The notes beneath the pieces were generated by a model. The model was not told the origin of the DNA. It did not search any database and saw only the letters and a program-made list of their open reading frames with translations. A stretch of DNA of 50,843 bases, the filler included, from Catajapyx aquilonaris (lineage: Eukaryota): NCBI GenBank assembly GCA_000934665.2. It is 3 parts of 3 records of this genome, joined end to end, with 100 filler letters (N's around TTAATTAATTAA, not from the genome) between each part and the next. Parts side by side here need not be neighbours in the genome. Positions count along the whole stretch, not along the records: positions 1 to 18,854 come from KZ539679.1; positions 18,955 to 34,925 come from KZ539680.1; 1 more part is not named here. One strand, written 5' to 3'. Of this stretch, positions 12,321 to 22,822 are shown one piece after another. Position 1 is the first letter of the stretch. Each line of letters opens with the position of its first letter. A program made the position numbers and the translations under genes.

Positions 12321-12769
12321 CCCTATCATTTTATTTCCCCCGCCTGCTCCCACTTTCCGTCCGTTCCTCCCCCTCTCCCTCCGGCCTGCCCGCCCGCTGC
12401 CAGGGATTTCGCTCCCCTCGTTTTCTACCCGCTCCCTAGGGGATGGTAGGGAGTGGAGAGAGACTGCGCAAAACCGGTCGACCTTGGATCGCGTGGCAGC
12501 ATACTCGACAAACATCGCGTCCTTCCGGCGGACCAATCAACCGACGTTGCAGCGTCTAGCGCTCGGGCGAAAACCGGTCGCCATGGCGATTGTAAACAAA
12601 GATGCGCAGAACTCCTGCGCATCCACTCTGATTGAGGGGGAGCCTGCGATGCACCCCAGCCGTTGGAGCTGGGCGCCATATTTGCCCACGTTATTCTCTT
12701 GGGGTAAATGAGACATCCGTGTACATAGGGGCTTCTTTAAACGTTGTTTAATGCGAAATACTCTTGCTT

Positions 12770-12930
12770 AGTGAAACCTGTCTATAACGGAATAGTTACG
12801 TTACCCAAATGTTTCCATGTGAGCAAAATTAAGTTCAAACCATGAGTTAGTAGAAAAAAGGGTTCAGCATTATAAATTTATAGACAGGGTTCTGCTATAT
12901 CCGGGTCCGTTATAGTCAGGTTTCGGTGTA
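12770..12930. mobile_element. Short pogo-like MITE
   Basis: AGTGAAACCTGTCTATAACGGA ... TCCGTTATAGTCAGGTTTCGGTG|TA. Confidence 0.55.
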
Positions 12931-13972
12931 CCAACATCAGCTAAAAGAAGATATTAAACTGGTATTATTGTGCCTAGTGTGTTGCATGGTCTAGTGTACT
13001 GTGTACGGCGTGGCTACTACACGCGTGGTCGCCATTTTGGATTACTTCTTTGCCTTTCCGGCCTTTCCTACGAGCCTGTAACGATCATACTACTCATAAC
13101 AAAACAATTTTAACGAACCTGGACATACCGCACTGCCTGTCCTGCCGTGCGGTTCACGCGATAACCGTACCTGTCATTGTGAGACACAATTGCATTGTCC
13201 GTACGAGGAGAAGCGAGTGGAAGTCCGTGCTGTAACGCGTCTCCCTCGACGTCTCCATACACAATGAGGGAATTTCTCTGCAAGTCCGCGGGGGGCGCTT
13301 TCCCTCAAGTCCTTTGCGCATGCGCAAATCGGTTTAACGTTGTGCGCACGGCTGTTTCTTGTTAATTGCACAATTAAACTGCGATCGAATATCTCGTGAC
13401 CAATGGGAAAGACTGAACGACCACTCTTGTACGTAGGCCTCGTATTTTTTAAGTCAAATCTGTGTTGCCTTAGTGACACGTGCTGTTTTGTTTATCGGGA
13501 GTACCAACACGAATAACAACGGTTTGTGAGGTTGCCATGGTTCCTCTCAACGCAGGCGCAACTGGTATAATGGCGCCAATTTGAAAGCGTTATTGTAGCA
13601 GGATTACCTTTATTATCCCCCGTATTAATGGGACTGCTTGGGATCCAATCGACAAAGAAACACCGATAGTGTACACGTGTACTCGGATTACAGTTACCGG
13701 ACATATTTCGACGGACCCAGTAATTGCTATTATTTGCACCAATCTTCAAAAGATGTCGTCAGTAGGACTATGGAGAGTGACGCCAGCGTGACGGACCGTG
13801 ACATGAGCATGAAGGGAAGATTCACACACCAAAAATACAAGCCAGTACTGACGTCTCCATGGGCACCAATGACTGTCAGTAATATCAACTATATGTCAAA
13901 CTATCTAAGGCTGTGACCTCAGTAAGTTACTAGTTATAAGGATGAATTCACTATAATAATCATTACACTTGA

Positions 13973-14311
13973 GGGAGGCGGAGTGGCGCTGCGGTAACGT
14001 ATGCGCTATGCGCCCACGGATGTTAAGGTCCAGGATTCGATCCTAGCCCGGGGTTACCCCCGTCATCTCGTGCAGAGTTCGGGGTCATCTCTGGCTTCGT
14101 CTCGGGTGGTATCTCCGTTAAGACAAACCATCCGGGGGAGTTCACAAAATGACCACAGCAACGACACTGCACTGCACTTTGCACATCCCCTTCTGTCATC
14201 CTGCCCGTGGGCCCGGGCGTTTCGAAAACTATGTACTAATTATGTACAAACAACGGTACCTACAATAAAGGTCCGTGCGAGAAACCACGGTATGGGTAAA
14301 AGCACTACCCA

Positions 14312-14383
<72 letters not shown>
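13973..14383 (+). mobile_element. SINE family A with (GAT)n(ATT)n tail
   Basis: Paralog of 1979-2357 with B-box-like GGATTCGATCC. Confidence 0.78.
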
Positions 14384-14385
<2 letters not shown>

Positions 14386-17235
14386 TAAACTATTACACTT
14401 CAGGAGAACTTTGTATTTCGGCAATAACATTATTATTTTAGTACTGTCGCTCGAGATCCTGTAGTTAAGGGCCCTTCTTTGCATTAAAAAAACAAAAACA
14501 AAAACGTAACTGTAGGCCTAATGTGCAAGGAGGTCGAATGTGGCTCCTGCGGATGCATTAGACTGATTAGACTGCTGAAGATTAGGGAATTTCAGCTTCA
14601 TATGGTCTTATAATGGACCAGCATCCGATCTGATAGCATGTTGAAGGGAAAACCAAAAATAAACGGGACACAATGGACTGCCGCGTCAGTGGTGTGGTTT
14701 TCCTCTACCACTTACCGCGTGCATTAAATTCTTCACGTGCAATACACTTATTATGCGATTCCTAACACGCTAATGCAACATTATGACATCAATCCTACTC
14801 AGAAGTGTCGACGCTAACGTCAGTAATCCAGTAACAGGGACAAAGACAGTGCAGAACCCTTCCCTATGTAATTCCAACCCTAGCGCTCCGATCACACCTG
14901 ATGCGAAAGATACTGTTGCGCAGAGACAGAAGGAAAAATAACAGTATTTTGTGATAACTTGTGGAGTAGCTTCAGTACAAAATAATAATAAACAGAGGAC
15001 CTCTGGCACCAGTGTGATTCCTATATAACAATCGCACTGGTAAATTGGGAGCAAAATAAGTCAATATTGGTCCCGTTGTATCAATGTCTGTGTAATATGA
15101 GCCGCTTTTTCATCGTTATTACTTGGCAAATAGTTTCAAACTACAAATAATGCTTGCAAGGCATTTTAACTGAGTATGGTACAGTCACTGGTCTCTTTTA
15201 TACACTGTATATTGCTGCGATCGATACTACAATTTTTGCTTTTCCGGCCTCCATGTTGTTGGGACACCTGATTCCTTAAAGCGCTATTTAGTAAGAGCTG
15301 TTCAAATTTCGATGATAGTTTTTTGTTCAATTTATTTTACATTAGACGCGATTTATGCCACATTACTAACGTATAAACATTCAGTGCCAAACATATCATT
15401 TTGTAAAACAATCTCAACCAACGCGCGTAAAAAATTTTAAAAACTAATTCTACAAAGTATGCTAATATGCTAATATTTACACTCGTAACATCGATCCAGC
15501 AGTGCAATATCGATACTATTCCGGAGTCCCAATATGGCCGCGCAAGGTAACCAGAGATCAGTGTGACGTGGCAAATTACACCATATTGGTGTTGCCTATA
15601 TGTTGCGAAATTTCGCCTTGAGTATGTCAAAGAAGAGCCGTATGAGCTCAATATGGATTTCCTATAACACAATCGGTACTGCCAGACGGGGATATCCACG
15701 TCATTGGCCTACATTGTGAGCACAGTGACGTCATTTGGCCACTTCGATCGCAGAGGCGATAACGCTGGCGGCCATGTTTGTTCCGCTTGCGCAGTGCGTA
15801 TCCTGCGCAATAATGCAAACATCCGTTATTTTCAACTTCGCTGCTCGCTTGGTCTCCCTCCCCCCCACGGCCAAGCCTTTTCGCCACTCCCTCCCGCTCC
15901 CCTCTCCCGCTCAGCACCCCGATTCCACCCCCATCGTTTCCAACCTCCCCCACTCTGACGCTCACGCTCTTCCCACGTTATATCATCGCTGCCCCTTCGG
16001 TCGTTTCCCGGGCAACTTGGATCCCTGCCAAGCGAGCCTGGGCTGCGAGGCTATCGCTATATGCCACGGCCCTCGAGAGACCACGCTCTGTTCTCTCACA
16101 ATCCTCCAGCGTGCAGCGTTGCAACGCTTCTATCCAGCCCTCCAAACGCAACAAAGGTCACTCGCTAAGTCAGCAACCGGCAACAGTGTTAGCAGCTGCG
16201 GCATAACAACTTGCACACTATCCTCCCCGCCCTCTCCCTCCATGTTTTCTAAACTCGTCGCGACGACGCCTTCGTGTTTATTCCAGATAAGACCAGGCCT
16301 AGTCTGTTTTGGACAACAAAGAGGTAGATATGACTGCGCCTGCGTGGTGACTCACTTGCGCAAGGACTTCCGCGCATTGGCCTGGGTTGTGGGGACAAAC
16401 GGACAGCTCCGATGGTAAAAGACTGGTGTCACAACCGCCTCGCGAGAAGTCTACAGACGAATGGGCTACGAGAATTGGCTTCTCGTTCTCGCTACGGCCA
16501 ATCATCGCGAACTTATGAACATGCATAAAAGTGATCCAACTCCACCTAAATTATTGCTTTTCCAACGGGTTCTTTGTATTAATTGAGGGATCACTCGAAA
16601 ATTAATCAATCAACAAATAATAAATAAATAAATAAAAACCAGTTCCGTTGTTCTTGACAAGAAAGGGCCAAATATCCAGAACACTACAAAGCCCATGCAG
16701 AAATCGCGTTAACTGCCCAGAAAACTCGAAAATCGACGAGAAAATTGTGTATCTACGCCCATCCGACTGTTTGAATCTAACGATATAGTGCAGGTGACGT
16801 TAGGTTATGTTTCTGTAAATTTTGTAATACCGCATGTTTACTCTTCGGGCTCGCACAGGGTTGCCTTTTCTATCTCTGGGTCAACGAGGCCTCGAACCAC
16901 TGCGAACCACGCTCGTCCTTCTGCATGCTGATTGGTGGATCCCAACACTACGATCCATAGGCAAAAGAAAACGACGCCCGTGTGAACCCAGCTTTAGGCA
17001 CATCCAATGCCATTTGGTGAGGCGACACACGGAACTTTTATCCTCTATAACGCTGTACATTGGCGTTATATGGGAAACGGAAATATTTCATGTAATCGAC
17101 ATGTATTGCGCTCTCTTATGGAACTCTGCTATGCAAATACAGTAGACTTCGGATACACCAAAAGTCAAGGGACCGTGGATATCAACCTGTTGTAACCAAG
17201 CCAAATACACAATGCCATAATATAATAGGCCTAAT

Positions 17236-17505
17236 AATATAATAACGGATACCCCGTGATAGGCCCCTTGGGCCTCTTAGGGGATCATCTTTTGAATAAC
17301 CGATTTTAATCATTTGCCTGTAATGTGATGGATTTTGATAGTGGGAGGAAACGGGAGGAAACCCCGAGAAAACCCACGCGAACACGGAGAGAACCCATCG
17401 AAACTCTATCCACATAAGTGTCCTCCGTCCGACCCGGGGATCAAACTCGGGACCTTAGAGGTGGAAGGCTGCCGCGGCGCTAACCGCTCGGCCACCGTGT
17501 CGCCC
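17236..17505 (-). mobile_element. SINE family B (full head)
   Basis: Head GGGCGACACGGTGGCCGAGCGGTTAGCGCCG carrying the A box and B box, and the family body. Confidence 0.88.
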
Positions 17506-17524
17506 ACACAGGCCATAATATATA

Positions 17525-17970
17525 CTGTATGGAAGAGTAAAACTTCTATAAGTCGAATCGCCATGGGACCGGAAAAAAAACTTCGAGCACAGAACTCTAA
17601 GGAAGCCTACCTTTATATCCAGCGACATAAGGTGTTCAAACCTTGAAAAATAACTGTCACTATCACACTTACAATGTTCCTCGTTGTTTTGTTGTCTTAA
17701 AAAATCTCTGTCATCGACATTTGCCTACTCGTAGATTCAAGGATTCGATTGTCACAATCGAGTCCAACACTTCTTGCGGTACGTCTGGTAGACGGAGATC
17801 AGGTTGTGGCCTACTCTCGACTCTTCGGCTGGGAAATGAGAAAATTTTCCGTACTCGCCAACATGAACTTCGACTTATTAGGGTCACTGAAAATAATGCA
17901 TCAATATCCCATTGTAAGGCACTGCCTGCACTTCGAGTTATGAAGAACTTCGAGCTAGGGAAGTTTATCT
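17525..17970. mobile_element. Degenerate pogo/Tigger-like MITE
   Basis: AGTAAAACTTCTATAAGTCGAA..GGGACCG start with repeated CTTCGAG/CTTCGAC motifs near the far end. Confidence 0.45.
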
Positions 17971-18289
17971 ATATTATTAATACCCGACTGTCATCGACAC
18001 TCCTCCCGCACCGTACGGTTTACAGCGTTGGGAGTGGTCTCAAAATTTAGCACTCGTTTTCTATATTTGCAATAAACTTTTGTTTTTGGAAAAAGTACCG
18101 AGGGACTTTGTCAAATGCACACACAAAAACCCGCCAAAAAGCCGGCTCCAGGGATTCCAATTTTCGCCGCTCAGGGCACCACCTCCTTGGTGGCGATTCG
18201 CATACTTCTGCACTTTACCGCTTTGCCGTCGGATGTCGCTGTCCCTCCCGCTCTATGCTGCCTTCACCACACTAACCACTTTCATATTT

Positions 18290-18854
18290 GTAGTCCGGGT
18301 GCTAAGGGGTTCAACTTTGCATTTTGTGACAAAAGTATGAAACTCGGTACACTTGTCCTTTGGACACTTCTGATCATATCTGGACGTGGAGCCACGATGA
18401 CCCACCCCGGTGGTGGTCCATTTCGCAGAGTTTCCATAACTACCAGATGCAGCATCCTTTTAGGACCTTGTATTGGGTGACAAAAACATGAAACTCGCCA
18501 CAATTGGTCTTTGGACACTTCTGAACATGCCTGGATGTGGGGCCATGATGACTGACCCCGCTGTGGGTCACTTGCAGGGTTACCAGATCAAACGGACCAA
18601 ACATACATCTCTGCGAAGATGATGTGAATTGGGAGCTTGCATTCGGTGATAAAAACGTGAAACTCGGTACGGTAGTTCTTTGAACACATCTCAACATATC
18701 TGGACGTGGGGTCACGGTGGGTGACCCCTGGTGGCCTCGCCAGGGGTCACTATCGCAGAGTTGCCAAATCGAACATGTGTTGCACACCTTTACATGAATA
18801 AGGGCCTTGCATTCGGTGATAAAACACTGCTAAAACATGAAACTCGCCCCAATT
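18290..18854. repeat. Tandem array of ~150-170-bp units (Helentron/DINE-1-like core repeats)
   Basis: Unit TTGCATT.GGTGA.AAAA..TGAAACTCG recurs at about 18318, 18468, 18637 and 18807. The array runs into the assembly gap. Confidence 0.75.
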
Positions 18855-18954
18855 NNNNNNNNNNNNNNNNNNNNNNNNNNNNNNNNNNNNNNNNNNNNTT
18901 AATTAATTAANNNNNNNNNNNNNNNNNNNNNNNNNNNNNNNNNNNNNNNNNNNN
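18855..18954. other. Artificial contig linker N44-TTAATTAATTAA-N44
   Basis: Exactly 100 bp with a central 12-mer giving stops in all six frames. An identical block lies at 34926. Confidence 0.9.
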
Positions 18955-19159
18955 TAATCTGAGCTCGCTCCGGAACAGTCAGACGGTCGGCCATCTTTTT
19001 TTCCAATGCGTGTGCCGCCTCTCTCGGCCACTGACCACACCTCCGAAGCGCGAATTATGGAATCCTATTTCGTGACGTGTATGTACACGTTATTTTCATT
19101 ATCTTCGCATTAAAACTATAGAAGTTACAGCCATTTCCCAGTGCCTACTTACTTCCCAC

Positions 19160-19325
19160 CCACCCTGGGTACACGGGGCAGCCATATTGGAATGAAAATG
19201 GCTGACGACACCAAAACGCGGGGGATGTTATGTGCAGCTAAGAGTGCCTGACGCGTTTTGGTGTCGTCAGCCATTTTCATTTCAATATGGCGGCCCCGTG
19301 TATGCACTTACCCCACTTCACCTTA
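19160..19325. mobile_element. Hairpin derivative of the MITE at 32574-33089
   Basis: Inverted arms of about 46 bp (19175-19220 / 19252-19298) and the same right end TGCACTTACCCCACTTCACCT|TA. Confidence 0.65.
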
Positions 19326-19393
19326 TTTAAAAGATGATCCCCTAAGTGGCCCAAGGAGGGCTATCACGAGGTTATCCATTATTATACTCCTGG

Positions 19394-21360
19394 GTCTTAT
19401 TCGCTTCCATCCCAAACTATACGTAGATTTCTACACCGATACCGAATTCAACGACTATAATTATGGGAAAGGCAGCCTGAACGTTCTCAATCAAATCATT
19501 TGTGATTTTGATAAGGTAAGTTATTGCAATCTCATCGAAAACAAAGGAATAAAATATTTAGTGCGCCTTAGATCCCTGACATCACGCTTGACTTTCGACA
19601 CCCATCGGTTATCACTCTTATCAGTCTTGGCTGTTCAGGACAACTTTATCTGCTTAGCGGAGAGGATTTCTGGCAGTCTTCTATTCAGCGAGATAAAGAA
19701 ACCACATTTACAAAAAAAGGGGGTTAAAGATTTATATGAAATTAGGCTTGCGTGTTCACATGCCGTATATACTATGTATTACCATTACTTTTCATCCGGC
19801 ACTTATACACTGTATTCAAATAAATCGTCAAGATTTGGTTGACATTAGAGAAGTAGGCCTAGTAGCCAAAAAATATTCCAAAAAGGGAATCTCGCCCTGA
19901 CCTCTTCAGGTTAGGGCGAGTTAACTTACATGTATGGATACCGGATGTATGGATAAAGGGTGAGTGGAGAATTAAAATTGAGAGGAAAAGTCAAATGTCA
20001 ACAGAAATAAGTCCTGTTACTTCCACGTAGCTTTATCATATTTATCCCTGGCATTACTTATAACCATGTACAGTTGTACACGTATATAAGGTTTAATGTA
20101 GAAAATCCGTCTGATTTCTGGCTCACTGTTCTTTTCTGTTTTATCTTTTTCGCAGATTCTCTACGAACCTCAATTTTCACATTGCATGTGGAGAAGATCA
20201 AAGTGGTTGGAAGTGCAGTACATACATGGCTGCATGTGGGTTAGATCCAGGACACAAGAGTTCATCGGATTATGTAGAACGACGTAGAATCTCCTGAACA
20301 AGTTGGGGAACAAGCTGGTGTGAATGCTGTAACTATGGTCCATTTTGCCTCTGCCATGATGGTAGCTCTCAGTAAAATCAACAGAGAATGTCACCAGTCA
20401 TTTCAACTTAAAATAATATTGGTAAAATTATTAAACTTATTTCAAACTATTTCCGTTTAAAACAAATATTCCTCTGATGACTAGGTGTAGATTGTGGACC
20501 AGTTATCATTGGCTAGAGTTGTAGGTGTTCAGAAAAACCTTTCTGAGACATATGGGACAATACAGTCAATATGGCATCAAAATTGGATTCTAATGGCGTC
20601 ATCATGGGCAATATTTAGGTATGCTGCCATCAGACACTTTGCAGTAGTGGCCGTGGATTTATCGGTTCTGCAATATTATACAGGGTGTTCATGAATTCGT
20701 CTGCCAAAAAGATATGGGTGGTAGGGGGTGCATACGAAAGAAGCATGGCATGGGCCCGAAAGGCCGGCGACGACGTTCGTTGACGTCGACGATGTCTATC
20801 CTGACAAGTATGGATAGCCTACCCAGAGTCGGATTAAGGGCGGAGCGGTTGGATCGATCGCTCCAGGTAGGGCCCCCGAGACCAAGGGGGCCCCAAAGAA
20901 AATTACTTAAAAAAAAATCAACATAAAAGTTTAAAAATTACTAATGATAGATGCTACAGTGCCTACCCCCGCACATGCCTGCATTGCTGGTTGCTGGAGT
21001 CAGGCGGTTGAGCAACGGTCTGGTAGAGCGACCCCGGCAACCAGCGCTGCAGGCATGTGGCCTATGGGGTATCCATGCTTGTTAAGATAGACATCTCCAA
21101 AACGGATCGTCGCCAGCCTTTCTGACCCATGCCATGCCTCTTCCATACACACCCCCTTACCACCTGTATCATATTGGCAGAATAATTCGTGAACACCATG
21201 TATAGTGTAACTCACTCTTTCACATATATCATTTTAGGTCACGGAGAAAGGCCCCGAGGTCTTAATGTCAACACTGTGAACAGGAGTAAACTGTAAATGC
21301 CGAGGAGAGATATCTGTGAAAGGAAGAGGAGTGATGACGACGTTTACTGCGTGTCTGGCC
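19394..21360 (+). pseudogene. Adenylyl cyclase (class III, C2 catalytic domain) unprocessed pseudogene
   Basis: Four spliceable remnants. 19394-19515: VLFASIPN/YVDFYTDTEFND..GKGSLNVLNQIICDFDK. 20156-20421: ILYEPQFSH/VEKIKVVGS/TYMAACGL...VTMVHFASAMMVALSKINRECHQSFQLKI. 20485-20618: GVDCGPV..VVGVQK..DIWDNTVNMASKLDSNGV.MGNI*. 21238-~21360: VTE...GVNCKCRGEISVKGRGVMTTF. There are multiple frameshifts and stops, while GT/AG sites are retained. Confidence 0.88.
20681..21200. mobile_element. CAGGGTG-type MITE in the pseudogene intron
   Basis: TA|CAGGGTGTTCATGAATT ... AATTCGTGAACACCATG|TA, with imperfect arms of about 130 bp. Confidence 0.75.
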
Positions 21361-22052
21361 TAACATTTTAAGATCATCACAGACGACTTTGGAAGTAGGC
21401 CCTACTTACTTATGAGCAGATTATTTAAAATAAATTAAAGTATTTTTTGTTGTTAGATGCATATTACCACGACAAATTTTAATATAAAGATAAATACTAC
21501 CCTTGCTTCGTAATACGTGTGCAGGACCTGACCTCGCCTTGGGTGCTTCGAATGATCAGTTCGCAGACCCTCATTGGAGCTGGAAATATTTTATATATTT
21601 TTCAAGGCTTTGCTTTTACCAGTTTACTTGGATTAGGAAATTCGTCAACCCTGCACCAGGAATTACCTTATCACGTCTTTGTAAAGAATCAATTTCTCTG
21701 TACCCGAGTTACTGAAGTTTCAGATTTAAATGGACTCAACGCTAAGGCTCATGGGTGAGTTTTAGGCAAGTTTTGGACATGGCCACAATGGACGAAGTTG
21801 TTGCAATAGAGCAGGTGCAACTTAATTCAGTCACTATTCTTGACATGACGGCTAACTTTAGACACAAGTCACAATCATATTGTATCGACTTCCCCTATAG
21901 TAAAAGTGTGCCCAGACGTCTATACTGTATACATGTATATGTACAGCGCTGTTTCGATGCTGTCATGTTTGGATGTAAGTTTATAGTACCATATATGTGA
22001 AAGGCAAATTGCGCTCTCGTTTCATAATAAGGAATAACTTTTCAGTCATATA

Positions 22053-22490
22053 CAGGGTGTATCAAAACTCTACCATAAGCCATGTACCAATGGCATAAGG
22101 GGCACCAGAGCATCATTATATGTAGAGGGGTCATCATCTCTAGGCCGCCTCATTACGGAGATAATTGCCTTCAAACATGTAGTACAAAGTATCCTGGGAG
22201 GTATGGAAACCTTCAGCCCCGACATCGCATCACTCGTGAAAATAGCAGCTTTTCCATTTAGCTACTAGCATGTCGCATGTGCACTGCATGTCGCATGTGA
22301 TCTGTGACAATTTGTGACCATCTGTGACAATCTGTGACAATCACTCTTAGGCCCAATTGCTAAAACGCAAATGATCAATTATCTCAGTAATGAGGCTGCC
22401 CAGACATAATGACTCCTCTACATTAATTGATCCCCTGGTGCCCATTACGCCATTGGCATATGGCTTATGGTAGAGTTTTGATACACCCTG
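22053..22490. mobile_element. CAGGGTG-type MITE
   Basis: Perfect ~30-bp TIR CAGGGTGTATCAAAACTCTACCATAAGCCAT, extended imperfect arms, TA TSD. Confidence 0.88.
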
Positions 22491-22822
22491 TATCTACGAG
22501 AGGCTCTTATCAGCCAAAAGAGTATTCGGCTACTGGAATGAATAAAATATTATTGCGGAATATTTGCTAATTTTTTTGTGTCGCAGGCTGCATACGACCT
22601 GAGGATGCCTATAGCAGTCACAATGTGCAATAAACATTAAAATGACCTGAAGATTTTATGTCATATTATTTGTAACTAAATTTAACCCTCTTATTTCATT
22701 GATAACTTAGGTCTGACCTCATAAACATGATGTGATATCGCCCTTGTGACCCCCTGATCTGCAACAACCACGATAGAATGGTCTCGAAGAGATCAAGTGT
22801 GACAGTCACCTCATTGATCAAC

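Noticed and set aside
11486..12711. Cluster of overlapping 60-147-aa ORFs
   Set aside because: A by-product of the CpG island. Only the 49-nt exon at 11786-11834 has splice-phase support.
15735..16418. 227-aa ORF
   Set aside because: GC-rich low-complexity sequence with no recognisable domain or splice context, and overlapping ORFs on both strands. Likely spurious.
18899..18910. TTAATTAATTAA island inside Ns as a biological motif
   Set aside because: The symmetric N44 padding, identical at two sites, and stops in six frames mark it as an assembly linker.
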